Below are positions 27,371 through 41,635 of a stretch of DNA of 64,000 nucleotides, piece by piece; positions within the stretch are counted from its first letter, which is position 1, and the number at the start of each line of letters is the position of its first letter. The position numbers were made by a program, and so were the translations under genes. The stretch covers positions 204,600,001 to 204,664,000 of the forward strand of contig OZ024742.1 in assembly GCA_964016885.1 (NCBI GenBank), read 5' to 3'. The notes beneath the pieces are model-generated. The model was not told where the DNA came from. It saw only the letters and a list, made by a program, of their open reading frames with translations, and ran no database searches. Origin of the DNA: Eledone cirrhosa (lineage: Eukaryota).

Positions 27371-27863
27371 GATGGCATTAATTAATAATTACTTAATAAT
27401 TAATTAATAAAGTACCAATAATTAATTAATAAAGTACCAGTAATGCACTGGGAAATTGCTGGCCTTGTGCCTAAAGTAGAAACAATTAATTAATAATTAC
27501 TAATAATGTTATATCGTGCAATGGCCATACTCGATAACGAAGGGCGCAGCCATTATGTATTTATGTAGTGACCAACGGTAACAACACGATCCAGCCACTG
27601 AATGATCGTCGTTGAACAACAGGCTCTCCACCTCCTCACCAGCACACTCACACCTAGCTACCAATTAGTGACGTTCACATTCATAAAAAGAGCGAAACCC
27701 TATTTAAGAACATTCACTTTCCATTTTAAACGGCAATTGTTATCAATCACTAGCTGAAACTTATAGTAACTGCAAATTGTTGTGTTTCGCCTGTGAGGAC
27801 ACAAGCGAAAATCCAGAATAACAAAACGCAAAACTTGGCCTTAATAAAGAATATATATATATG

Positions 27864-27939
<76 letters not shown>

Positions 27940-28422
27940 TACACACATGTGTATACACTACATACGGAGAACCTGTTTCCCCAAACCAGAACCATCGAGC
28001 CATCATAGAACTACATGATCGTTATACAAGGTGTTTTAAAATATTTTTATATAAATGGCCTGTTTCCAAGGATGTCACATTAAAATATATATTGTAAATT
28101 AGTGTTATAATGTTGACAAATTTTGAGGAATAAATCTTAATAAGATTTATTCCTCAAAATTCCCCAGAAATGATGGACTAACATACCTGAAGAAAGACCT
28201 GGTAGAGAAATATTCTGCATACCAAAATATAGTTATTCATAGGGATATTTCCCGTAATATTAAGGATGGTACTAACATTGACATAAAGTCGAGCATCTCT
28301 TGAACTCGAAACCGTTACATCATGTCACATTTGGAAAGGTTATATTTTTTAATTTCGGGAGTAGGAGATAGCTATGAAATACCTGATATAGAAAAAGGAC
28401 AGCAAATCCCTTAAAGCCTTAA

Positions 28423-28630
28423 CCTTTTAGCATTTAAACCGGCCATATCCGACCAGAATTCTCTCACCTCTTTCTGTTGAAACCGGCTGTAACCCGCTGC
28501 TTATACTTATGTTAAGGTATTGTTCTCAAAATAAATAAAATCAAAATCTCATAACTTCTATACTATGTAAGAAAAAGCCTTTTTTGTGAAAATGAAATAG
28601 TAAATATAGAGTAATGTAAATGCTAAAGGG
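28423..28630. mobile_element. piggyBac-like MITE
   Basis: TTAA|ccttttagcattta...taaatgctaaaggg|tTTAA terminal inverted repeats. Confidence 0.7.
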
Positions 28631-28949
28631 TTTAACTGGAACTTAAGATTGTTGATTATGTCACATTTCTGTGGGAGATATTACCCACGTGATTAACAGC
28701 TACTCAAAAGAGGTCCTCAGAGAACTACTTCTCAATGTGGTATGATGTTGGGAAAACAATATACACTGCCATCCATAGACTGCCCGGTGATAAATAGAGA
28801 AACTCCATCCTGCTACTGAATATGTACAGACATACCAACATAAGGTACATGGGTGGGATATTCTCATGAAACCTCCACCAAGTACAAACGTAACAAGCCT
28901 GTTATGGTTGTTTGGGGCAGAAAAGAAAAATGATATACAATTATAAGGG

Positions 28950-29757
28950 TCAGCTGTCCAGAGGATATGGACATATATTTACGGCTATAGATGTCAGCAG
29001 TCCAGCAGATGTCACCTGTCCAGCGGTATGTACATTTATATAGTTATAGAGGTTGTGGACATATAGTTATAGATGTCAGCTGTCCAGAAGATGTTAGCTG
29101 TCCAGCAGCTCTCCAGCAGATGTCCATCTATACATGTCAGGTATCCAGCAGATGTGGACATATATATACAGCTATAAATGTCGGCTGTCCAGCAGTGTGG
29201 ACATTTATGTAGTTATAGATGTCAAGATATGATGACAATATATGATGCCTATTCACAAAATTTCAGCAAATTTTAATTTTTCATGCATTACATTTTATAT
29301 TGAGTAATATTGAAATGTAGAGTTTTTCTCCATAAATTATATCAATGATTTAAAATCAATCATCATTTTCTTACAAAAAAAATGCTTGTATATATATATA
29401 CAGTTATAGATGTCAGCTGTCCACCAGATATTGACATATATATATATATATATATACAGCTACGTATGTCGGCTGTCCTCGAGATATGGACATGTATATA
29501 TAGTTATTGATGTCAGCTGTCCACCAGATGTGGACACACACACATTATATATATATATATAAGTTATTCCGGGTTGAATCGAGGATAACCACAGTAAGTA
29601 AGGTACTCAATACATAGCAGAGTATAAATGTTTTAATATAGAAAAGGTTCTACAGGACTAGAATTGTTTAATTCGTGAGAAATCATCAGGAAGCTGTATA
29701 TATATATATATATATATATATGCAGATATAGATGTCAACTATCCACCAGATGTGAAC

Positions 29758-29788
<31 letters not shown>

Positions 29789-29859
29789 GCTATAGATGTC
29801 GGCTGTCCACCAGATGTGGACATATATACAGCTATAGATGTCGGCTGTACAGCAAGTAT

Positions 29860-29865
<6 letters not shown>
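28950..29865 (+). repeat. Degenerate minisatellite of about 43 bp (further copy at 30805-30860)
   Basis: Unit approximately tatagatgtc(a/g)gctgtccaccagatgtggacatatatacagc. Confidence 0.8.
29562..29695 (-). mobile_element. Short HHR-bearing tail insertion (family of 60015-60208); HHR 29645-29695 with mutated GAAA
   Basis: Reverse complement: agcttc-CTGATGA-tttc tcac gaat-taaa-caattctagtcctg-TA-gaacct; tail matches 60144-60208. Confidence 0.7.
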
Positions 29866-29907
<42 letters not shown>

Positions 29908-29911
<4 letters not shown>

Positions 29912-30433
29912 CGTTTCTGAATTTGTTTAGCAAGATTCTTTATCTGAAAACGTGTGTTGAAACCGTTATACTTTGGGAGGGTCATGTTGCCAATAAGAAA
30001 CACACGCACCAGTTGCTTTCACTTCAATTTATTATAATAAATTTATAAATTTAGGAATTTATAAATTTCCGGTTGGTTGGTTGGTTGGTTCCACAACCAG
30101 ATGGTTGTTTATATATTGTCAAAGTTCTTTTGTCACACATTATGTGACCTCTTCAGTGACTGGGATTTTTTTCTTTGTTCATCTTCAGAAGATGGCGTAG
30201 GACAGAACAAAGGAGAGGCACAAAAACAAAGAAAAGAATCCCCAGTCACTGAAGAGGTCACAGAATGTGTGACGAAAGAACTTTGACAATATATAAACAA
30301 CCATCTGGTTGTGGAACGAACCAACCAACTGGAAATTTATAAATTCCTAAATTTATAAATTTATTATAATAAATTGAAGTGAAAGCAACTGGTGCGTGTG
30401 TTTCTTATTGGCAACATGACACTCCCAAAGTAT

Positions 30434-30440
<7 letters not shown>
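29908..30440. mobile_element. Fold-back non-coding derivative of the PLE at 46172-47852; HHRs at 30245-30287 (+) and 30118-30160 (-)
   Basis: Inverted arms about 29965-30180/30225-30437. gtca-CTGAAGA-g gtcaca gaatg tgtgac-GAAA-gaac-TT-tgac. Confidence 0.8.
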
Positions 30441-30477
<37 letters not shown>

Positions 30478-30489
30478 GCGTGCGTGTGT

Positions 30490-30771
30490 ATGTCTTATAT
30501 ATTTCCGTAGAAAGGATAAAGGGAAGAACAGTGCTCTATGTATAGTACAGAGCTATTTGAATATATAATAAACAACACAATATAATTATTCCATTACCTA
30601 AGGTTTCAGGAAACTAGACGGTCTTAACAGAAACGTCCAGTACGCTTATCAGCTGAAATATTTATGTTATGGATATATTATTCAGGATGAGCGTACTGGA
30701 CGTTTCTGTTAAGATCGTCTAGTTTCCTGACACCTTAGGTAATGGAATAATTATATTGTGTTGTTTATTAT

Positions 30772-30772
<1 letters not shown>
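30490..30772. mobile_element. Fold-back HHR element; HHR at 30587-30660 (-); relative at 37245-37313 (+)
   Basis: Arms 30566-30650/30686-30770. Reverse complement: tatttcag-CTGATAA-..actggacg..cgtctagt..-GAAA-ccttagg-TA-atggaata. The 37-kb copy has CTGATGA and GACA. Confidence 0.65.
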
Positions 30773-30809
<37 letters not shown>

Positions 30810-31097
30810 TCCAACAGTGTGGACATTTATATAGTTATAGAAGTCAGCTACCCAGCAGAGAAGGAAAATATTAATAGACAACTGCTTCCAAACTTTCAGC
30901 TTCTGAACCGGGATTATAAATTTACAATTATACCGATAATTACTTGTAAACTTAGATAAGTTAATAAATTTTCATATTGACAATAAATGTCTTTACCAGA
31001 CACTTTTATATCTGTAGTTAAATATATATTACATTATAGCATTGCTGGTGATTGGGATTTTGTCTTCATTTATGCCTATATTCCTCTGCTTCGTCAA

Positions 31098-31128
<31 letters not shown>

Positions 31129-31177
31129 TGTATGTATGTATGTATGTATGTATGTATGTATGTATGTATGTATGTAT

Positions 31178-31752
31178 GTTGGTGCTACTGGTAACATGTA
31201 TCCCAGTACAACCTGTCTCATGGTCGGGTCGTTGGCGACTAAACTGGCAACCCCACCAAGGTTTCTTGGTGGGGAGGGTGACTTTGGACATCCTGCAGGA
31301 CTAAAAACAAAACCTGTCAAAGAGCAAAGGACCTAATCACCGGGAGAGATGACTCCTTAGCCTTTGTCAAGGCAGAATTCTAGGAGAAGGAAAACTCTGA
31401 TATAAAACCTGCAACCCTGATGGTATCCAATGATGTTGACTTGTTCTTCTTTTTCGTAAATATCATATTGGTTAAGAGAGTGGGACTGGCTTTGTGCAGT
31501 GCCTTTGCTCACTATAAAAGCTTCACGGCACAGGCACTGCTTTATATCTGGAGATCTCTCTGCACTTGTCGTCACATGGTACCATGGGCCCTGCACTATG
31601 TGTCAACAATTGTCACAAGTGTAGTGTTTGTACCAGAGTTTTCAAGTCGCTGGCTGGACTAAAAAGTCACACCCGTTCAGTGCATTGGTAGGGGTTCTCC
31701 TACATGGATATAAAGTAGTGGCCGTACTCGAAAACGAGTTGGCAGCCACCAT
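31178..31752 (+). mobile_element. RTE-derived bipartite non-autonomous retroposon (about 600 bp)
   Basis: RTE-5'UTR-like ctaggagaaggaaaactctga. The 3' part encodes a C2H2 remnant [20 protein letters not shown], then hairpin ctcgaaaacgag and a (TATG)n tail. Confidence 0.75.
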
Positions 31753-32490
31753 GTATGTATGTATGTATGTGTATCAGGTCGCTCTTCGGCGCTACTAGTA
31801 ATATGTAAGCCAGTACAACCTGTCCATGGTCAGGTAGTCGGCGGCTACACCGGCAACCCTACCAAACTTACTTGGTGAGGAGGATGAATTTGGACACCCT
31901 GCGGGATGAAAAAACAAAATCCGTCAAAGGCGGAGGAACTCAGGAGAGTCAACGGCTATCCAATAATTTTTATTTAATTTTTTTTTTTTTTTTATTGTAG
32001 CGAGAGATTCCTAATCTTCATAAAACCTGCGACTTCGTTTGCATCCAATGATGTAGACCAATTATTCTTTTTAGGTAAATGCATTCGATGTTCAGACAGC
32101 GGGATTGGCCCCGTGCAAAGCGTTTCCTCACTTAAAATAACATCAAACACAGGCATCGTTTGATATGTGATATTTTTGCGATGCATGTCATTGCTGACCA
32201 TAGGCAAATCCCTAGCAGGACTAGAAAGCCACGTCCGTGACGCCCATGTTTGAGTATCAAGCGCTGGCATTACTCGAATTTGAGTTGCAGCCATCATGCA
32301 TGCATGCATGTATGTGCTAAATATAAACATATACAAGGTGTAGTAGTTTGCCTGGAGCATTATGGAATATGAAGATATAATGTATGTATATGTATATATT
32401 CTTTTATTATTTTAGTGATTTCAGGCATTAGACTTTGGCCATGCTGAAGCACCACTTTAAAGTGATTTAGTTGAATGTTCCAACCCAATA

Positions 32491-32557
<67 letters not shown>

Positions 32558-32747
32558 TAGACCACCCGTGACCCGTTGGGTCACTTTCATTTCAAAATAT
32601 TTTTTAAAAATCATGTTCACTTAAAAATAATTTTTAAGTAATCAAAATATACACATACATGTATATAATGTGAAATGAAATTGGAAGGCCCATATATAGA
32701 CGTGTGTGTATGGGTATATATAAATGTGTGTTTGTATACATAAATAG

Positions 32748-32778
<31 letters not shown>

Positions 32779-32876
32779 TGTGGGTGTCTGTGATCTATAT
32801 ACACTGGTCATAGACACACACACACATATACATATATACACACACACATATATATATATATACGCAACACCACCAG

Positions 32877-32916
<40 letters not shown>

Positions 32917-33101
32917 CTGTCTCTCTGTTTATGAAGGTACCCGGAAAAACCCCATATGTCGGGAACCCGTGCTTCGATTTACGCGAAACTTGTTTTATTC
33001 CATTTGTATTCCCATTTCAGAAGCAACTTCCTCTCAAAGTATTTTCCCATTATGCGCCCTTTTGGCTGTATTACATTACAGACAAGCAAGCAATCACGGA
33101 G

Positions 33102-33177
<76 letters not shown>

Positions 33178-33179
33178 GA

Positions 33180-33295
33180 AGTAGTTCTGGATTGTTTCCA
33201 TCTACCAAATTTCGCACAAGGCATAGGACGACACAAAGCTATGATAGAAGACACTTTCTCAAGGTATCCAGCGGTGGGACCGAACCCGAAACCCC
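33180..33295 (-). mobile_element. Degraded tRNA-SINE of a second family
   Basis: Reverse complement: gggttcggtcccaccgc..accttgagaaagtgtcttctatcatagc (B box plus CORE-like body). Confidence 0.6.
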
Positions 33296-34368
33296 TTTCA
33301 TCGCTGATTGTCTATATAAAAGTCAGTCAACGTTGAAGCTTATTATAGTAGCAGGCTTTGCAGAATATTTCTAGTACTACAATCAAATATAAAGTAACAT
33401 TGTTGGTACAGTAGAAGAAAAAACAGAGCATCTGTAACATTGCAATGGAAATCAGCACCAAATTGCATCAGTTGTTTTCAATAACAGTGCCAGGAAAATA
33501 ACACCAATGCCTAAACAGCAGGATGCCGATACATAGAGCTGTATGTAGCGTTAATAGCTACCAGGTACGTGTGTGATATTAGTGTTTGGAGGGTAGATGT
33601 GATACTAACAACTGGACGGTACATGCACATTTGAAAGAACCGCTCATGTTCGGACACCATATAAAATAAACGAAGCAACACTCTGAACTTATGACACAGT
33701 TTGACTTGAAAAAAATGCTCATTGTTTAATCGATTGATGGGTTGGGAAAGTAATATGGAATAAGTACATGAATAGAAGGACGTATGAGGCAATAAGACGA
33801 AAGTGTACGATGCTTCTAGTAGATGTAAGGTGTCGGGAATGTGTAGCTTGATCCACTATGTTCCAGTATTGAACTTAGTAAAGAGAGCAGAGAAGTGATT
33901 CGTTAAATGGAGAAAGAAGTAGAAAATGCCTGGATATCTGGAGAATAAAACGAATGTTGAAAGAACAAATTCTCAGTATGCAGTAAAACGTAATAATTTC
34001 AACATGGTTGAAGCTGTGCCAGTTGTACCCAGTTCAGTGTACTTGATAAATAGATAAAAAGAAGAAAAGGTGTGCTGCAGTGTCAGTAAAATAAAATCAA
34101 GAACTCCGCTGGGATGAGCACTAGTGTTGGAAGTGGCCGAAACCGTTGTGATCTGTAATCTGATGAGAATAGATTTACACTGCTAATTACAAGTATTGGG
34201 TGCTCATTCGGTTGGTAGAATGTTTTAACTTCAATGGTATATTAAACACCCACGTCAATTTGCATGCATGTATATATATATGTATATTTTTTTAATAAAA
34301 TTAGAATTTTATTTCTCGCCCTAGCACAGCTAATACATAACTGTAAGTATGCACACGTAGACATATAC

Positions 34369-34409
<41 letters not shown>

Positions 34410-34412
<3 letters not shown>

Positions 34413-34900
34413 GAGGTGTGTCAGAAAAGTTCCAGGGCTGATGTCAAAAGATTTATTTCAAACCCAAACTCTTAGTGTGAACTAAGAGTTTTCTCCTTCA
34501 AAGTAATCCCCCTGGAGTCTAATGCACTTTTCCATCCTTTTCTGCTACGTTTGCATGCACTCCTGGAAGGATTCTTCCGAGATCCTCCGCAGTTCCGTCG
34601 TCACGGCTTTTTTGATGTCGTCCACGTCTTCAAAACGGGTCCCCTCCGGGTCGTACTCGAAGATCCATCACCGGTGATGGCTGTCCTTAGCAAGTCTGGT
34701 TCGGTTTCAAGACGCTCGAGGATGTCCTGGCACACTTGCATGCGTCAACCCTTCTAGTCATCGTTCAGCAATTTTGACACCATCTTCGCGCAGACTTTCC
34801 GCATGTCCAAATCTTCAATGAGAATCTTCCAGACGCTGTCCCGATTCATGCCCAGCTCATTTGCCATCAGTCGAACAGTCAGCCGACGATCGCTACGCAT
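34410..34900 (-). mobile_element. Mariner transposon remnant with internal deletion
   Basis: TA|cgaggtgtgtcagaaaagt terminal inverted repeat. Hand translation: DRRLTVRLMANELG..MRKVCAKMV..ITGD..IFEYDP, joined to RFEDVDDIKKAV..KCIRLQGDYFEG. Confidence 0.88.
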
Positions 34901-35344
34901 AGAAGTTGTGTAGACCATTTATGTCAATACTTCAGTGCTGCTTCGAAAACTATACTTTTACAAAATCATCGGCTTTTTCCAAAAGGGGGTTCCTGCCCCC
35001 AGGGGTCCCCTACCCAATATGTGCCAATTCTGAGAGTTAACATTCATATGTAGGACAAACGTAGCCCATGTGTCAAGTTTTGTGAAAATCGGTTGCGAAC
35101 TCCAGAAGTTATGACGTTTTGTTGCATTGCACTGCAGTGCTTCAGTCGACTCCAAGAAAGTGGTTAAAGTGGTTAAATGGGTTATCTGCTGGGGGCCCTA
35201 TAATCAATATCTGTAAAAATGAAAATGCCCATGACCATCCGGAGTACATAAGTAACCTATGTCTTAAGTTTTGTGAAAATACTGTAGAAATGCATAAGGT
35301 TTATACATACGCGCGTGCGTTCGTGTATGTGTGTGTGTGTGTGT

Positions 35345-35388
<44 letters not shown>

Positions 35389-37874
35389 GTCGGGGCATAC
35401 GTATGTACTGGCCTAAATCTTCACTATTTACTTTTACTATTTTAATAACCTCTGTCATTTTCGTTTTCAATTTTATTTACATCATTCTTAAACTCCGGGG
35501 CTGGAAATCATTCTGTTATTTTAAATAGAATATTAGTCTAACGACTCCGTTTATACCATAAACTTGGTCTTGTCTTTGTATAAAATTGTTCTTCACGCTC
35601 CACATAACGACGTATTATCCTCGCTTTTTTCCCGTTCATTGCCAGGGAACGTCTTCACGAACCAAAATATCGTCTTCCTGTTTTCGTTCGGTTGCAACGT
35701 TGTTCGAAATATTTACTTCTGCGTTTACAGATTACTCTCAGTTCAATTTGAATGGGAAATTCCTGTTTCATCGATTTTCTCCGTAACCATGAAAGCTTGT
35801 AGCTTGAAAGTCGACCCAACGCCTCCTCGGGTCATTCTGCATAACTGTGTAAATTTTCGCTGCATTCCACCAAGCCGTTTCGAGGTTCATCCGATTACAC
35901 CTACATATACAACGTCCGACCACTTCCAATTTATATAGTAGATTTGTTTATATATGAATGACAAAATTATTTATATTTAATATAGAGCAATTGTAATTTA
36001 AAAATGAAAATGAAACGTACTGTAGAAGCCAACAGTTTATTAACAGCAAAATAACGTTGTTTTTGATATGTTATTTTAAATAAGACAATGAATTGAAAAA
36101 TACTACTTACTGTTAGTGGTGGTTAACATGTATTAGAATTAAAATGAAAATGATATTTGAAAAAACGTACTTGAGAACATGACTCCCTTCTTCGCAATTT
36201 AAGGCTTTTATTTCTTTTGATGGAAAACAGTGACCGTTTTCGGTTTGGCATTTCGTAAAATGGTACTGCAGAATTGATTTCATAAAACGGTACTGTATGA
36301 TAGTTTACACTTTGATTTCCCTGGTCAGCAAGAGGGGCCTCTATATATTAGATGTTTATTAGAAGAGGGGGAAATAACTAACCCCAGTATTAGAACAGGA
36401 GGTTCGCAATGTAGGGGTTTTATTTACGGTACTGTATGATCGTTATAGAAGTATTTAAATTTAATATACAGCAACTGTAATTGAAAAATGAAAATGAAAC
36501 GTACTGTAGAAGGCAACAGTTTATTAATCTGCATTTTCAAACTTGCATATCATCGACATTGCTATTTCGCTGTTAATAAACAACGCTTTTCACGTCGCTC
36601 CACTTCTCATTGTACGCCGTCCAGCCCCAAGTGCATATTTCTATTTTTTTTTTCCTGAAACTGCTTCTTTATAATAAATTTTCAATAATATTTTTCAAAT
36701 TATTGGTACTGTATGTTAACAGCGAAAGAACGTTGATGAGTTTTAAAATGTGTATGAAATTGTAAATAACTCATCCAAGTATTAGAACAGGGGGAAATAA
36801 CTCACCAAACGCGATAGTATTGGGGCCCCAGGGACCACATTTTTTCAAGTTAGAGATTTGAAACCTCGTCTATTTGCTTCCTTGGCACTTTTTACATAGG
36901 TGTGTAAATTTTCATGTCAGTCCGACCACGCCTACTACCATTTAACCGTGCACATCTGAATTTCAACCACCACCCATTTCACAAATATATATTAGATATC
37001 GTCTTTTTTTAATGTATCATGGATTACGTTACTAATTACATGTAAGATGTAATTGTTACACTAAGACAGTGTAACAACGTCTTCGTTTAATTTCTGTTTA
37101 TATTGTAAATTACGATTTTATTTGATGTATCATATCTACATGTATATATACTTGCGTATAATATCAATATACACACTACACATGCTAGCAGAAAACCACC
37201 CGAATGGTGGTTTTTCTGCTAGTATATATTAAATATTAAAGATTTCTATCTGATGAACGACTTCAGACGCCTCTGTTAGAATCGTCTGACTTCGTGACAC
37301 CTTGAGTAATGGACTAATTATATTGTGTTGTTTATTACATAATTAAATATGGTTCGTATTTTTTCTATCACCTTACTGCTATCCTCTTTCTCTCTCCCCC
37401 TTCTCTCTCCTTGTACCTCTTGCTTTCCTTCACCCCCTCTGCTGGTCACACACTCTCTCGGCTGGTCTCTTCCTCACACTTTCACTCACTCACTCTCTGC
37501 TACTCCCCTCTCTCACTTCCTCCTGTCTGACCTGTGTGAAATCCTTTTCTCTCTCACTTTTCGCGTGGTTCGGACGTGTCTGTCTCTTCTCGTCGATTGA
37601 TTTGTTCGGACTTAAGTCCACAAGATTCATTGACTTGTCTCTGTTTTCCTCTCTTTACGTTGCATTACTACCATGTTGTTTGTTTACTTTCCCCTTCCAA
37701 TTCGCTCTGTCCCTATAACTTATTTTAGTTATCGCTCGCACTGATTTTGAGCTTTCTGGTCTTTAAGGCGAGGTAAAAACCAATGATAAACAGCAGACCA
37801 CTGGTGATGGACAGTCCCGTTTCTCGGCCTATTTTCATTCATATATATATAAATATATACACACACACACATAT

Positions 37875-38165
37875 ATGTACGTATAGGTTATATCGAACAC
37901 TAATCAGTTCGATTAGTTTGTAAACACTGTGCCGTGCCGGTGACCAATCGTCACCTGTTTGTACAAAACTGGCTTTGAGGAACAATCAACATGTTTCTGG
38001 GTCATTACACTCCATCAGGTCTGTATACCTCTGCCAGTCTATTGAACGGTTTAAAATATATAGTATTTTCTTAAGTACACATGGTTGAGTAGCCTCACTT
38101 CAATATTGAGCGAGTTATGAACATTATTATTAATGTTCGATATAACCCCATACGTACATATGTAT
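37875..38165. mobile_element. Small element with about 35-bp terminal inverted repeats and a degenerate HHR (37968-38038, -); end fragment at 60245-60310
   Basis: Reverse complement: actggc agagg tat acagac-CTGATGG-..-GAAA-catg-TT-gattgt tcctc aaa gccagt. Confidence 0.55.
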
Positions 38166-38313
38166 ATCTATATATATGTATATACATATATATGTATATA
38201 CATATATATATATGTATATATATATATGTATATACATAAATATATATGTGTATATATATATGTATATATATATATATGTATATATATATATGTATATATA
38301 TGTATATACATAA

Positions 38314-38345
<32 letters not shown>

Positions 38346-38446
38346 GTATATACATAAATATATATGTATATATGTATATATATGTATATATATATATATG
38401 TATATATATATGTATATACATATATATATGTATATATATATATATG

Positions 38447-38480
<34 letters not shown>

Positions 38481-38805
38481 CATAGATATATATATATATG
38501 TATATACATAGATATATATATATGTATATACATACATATATATATATATGTATATACATAGATATATGCATATATATATATATATATATGTATATACATA
38601 TATATGTATATACATATATATATACATATATATATATATATGTATATACATATATATGTATATACATATATATATGTATACATATATATATGTATACATA
38701 TATATATATATACATATATATATGTATACATATATATATATGTATATATATATATATATGTATATACATATATATATATGTATATATATATATATATGTA
38801 TATAC

Positions 38806-38836
<31 letters not shown>

Positions 38837-38991
38837 TATGTATATACATATATATATATGTATATACATATATATGTATATACATATATATGTATATACA
38901 TATATATATGTATACATATATATGTATATATATATATATATATGTATATACATATATATGTATATACATATATATATATATATATGTATGT

Positions 38992-39968
38992 AGATAAATC
39001 TACCAAGAGTTTACGGTAGTGTCCAATCCGTATGAAGAACTCAATGTATTCCGGATATCATGGAAAGAAGAGATGTAATGAAAAATCACTTTCGGTGAAA
39101 GATAAACGGTATACAGAGTCAAGATAAAATATTAAACAAATAATGAATAAAACAATGAAACAGTTCCTTATATTAAACAAAAAAAGTTCATTATTTAACG
39201 ATCGTTTCTAGGATATATATGTGTTAGAATTGGCATGCATATTCAACAGATCTATGTACAAAATTATACAAAATTATACAAACTATCAAGATTAAATATA
39301 CATACCAAACACACATATACGCCGTCTTCAGAAATAATGAAATATATTTATTGATAATAACAACAATTCAAAATTTCAGGTCCGTTTGGGAACAAAATTG
39401 ACCAATGAAAATACAAAAGGTTTTATGCAGTTTGGCGTGTGTATATACATGTAACTACCCCGTACACATATTTATACAAAGATGTATGCTCAACATGCAT
39501 ACGCATGCCAAAAAGATGCATGCAAATACAAAATTTCAAGGTTAATGTCTCTGTAAGTTTATAATGCACAGATAAGATGCGTATAGACACATAAATATGA
39601 AATAAGTGTATACACATATTCTCATACTCACACATATCCGTACACTCACACACACGCGCGCGTATATGCATAAACATACACATAATTACGAACATACATA
39701 CACACACACACCCCCACACACATATATATATGTGGATATAATATTATCATAAGCACATGGATATTAATTCACTCACATAAACACTGCCACACACATTTAG
39801 ATCAAGATACAGAAATTAGGTGGGAGGGGGGGGAGAGGTCAGTATTCAACGGTTTGGGCAGACTGCTTATTTATAGATGTATCTATAAACTAAGAAATAA
39901 AAAATAAAAATTAAAAAGGAGAGAAAAGAAAAAGAAAAAAGAAAAAAGAAATATATCAAGAAAATATA

Positions 39969-40040
<72 letters not shown>

Positions 40041-40134
40041 CATATACACACATCTACACTTAGAACACACATACACACACATATATAAACATATACATAT
40101 ACACACATACACACATATACACACATACATATAA

Positions 40135-40167
<33 letters not shown>

Positions 40168-41331
40168 TACACATATAATCACACCACATATATATAATAT
40201 ATATACACATACACGCACATATACATACACATACATACTTATATACATACAGATATACACATACATACCTATATATACACACAAATACATACAGACATAC
40301 ATACATACATACACACAAATACTTACGCATCCATATATCGGTATATACACCACTACACTCTCACACAACTCAGACATACAAAGAAAAAGGTATATACCTA
40401 TACACATATACACATACAAATAGAGATACATATACATATATATATATATATACACATATATATATATATATATACATACACATATACACACATATATATA
40501 CACATACACATACATACATGTACTCACACATACATATACATACATACACACATACACACATACATATATAGTCATACACACACATACACCTACACGAACA
40601 TACACATACACATATATAAAGATATATATACACACACACACATACACACACACACATATATATAAAATAAAGATATATATATATATATATATATACATAC
40701 ACATATACATAGACATATATGTACATACATACACATACATACATACATATACACATATATATATATATATATACACACATAGACACATACATACATACAC
40801 ACACAACATACATACACACACATATATACTCATACATAGACATAGATATATATTCATACATACATACGCACTTACATATACTCATATATACAAATACATA
40901 CGCATCCATATATGCGTATATACATACAAACACCACTATACTCTCACACAACTCAGACATACAAAGAAAAAGGTATATACATATACATATATACACACAT
41001 TAATAGAGATACATATACACATATATATATATATATACACATACATTTATATATATACACCCACACACACATACAACCATAAACACACATACAAACACAC
41101 ACATACACACATATATACATACATATATATACACACACAAAAAAAAAAAAAAAAAAAAACCCACATACACATATATATTTTTTTACACATATATATACAT
41201 ATATATACATATACACACCCTCACATATACACACATACACATAAGTTATATTATAATAATAAATAATATACATATATATATATATATACACATACGAATA
41301 TAGACATATATACACACATAGATATACATAC

Positions 41332-41363
<32 letters not shown>

Positions 41364-41601
41364 TCACATATATATGTGCGCACACGTACATATATACACA
41401 TACACACATATACACATAAACATATACATGTGCATACATGTACATACACACATATAGCCACATAGATACGAAGATAGACATATATATAGAGAGACATACA
41501 TATATATACACATATATATATACACATACATACACACACATATATATATATATATACACACACACATACACGCCCACACACATATACACATATACACATA
41601 T

Positions 41602-41635
<34 letters not shown>

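Larger units (their letters stand above)
32557..36996 (-). mobile_element. Composite non-autonomous Helitron region (one 3' end, three 5' ends)
   Basis: 3' hairpin gtgaccc/gggtcac plus CTAG|T at 32557. a|TCta.tatata starts at 35942, 36352 and 36996. Confidence 0.5.

Noticed and set aside
28118-28225. Palindrome aattttgaggaataaatctta/taagatttattcctcaaaatt and nearby CTGAAGA..GAAA
   Set aside because: Stems I and II of a hammerhead cannot be closed convincingly; single copy
28950-29865. CRISPR-like appearance of palindromic repeats
   Set aside because: No unique spacers, degenerate units, eukaryotic context, no cas genes
31420-31662. Recurrent 80-aa ORF MVSNDVDLFFF in several copies
   Set aside because: Recurs only because the SINE copies are young; frameshifted in some copies; no domain recognised
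33400-34200. Possible host exon or decayed LINE RT on the - strand
   Set aside because: Only faint motif resemblance, with no sustained frame or supportable splice sites
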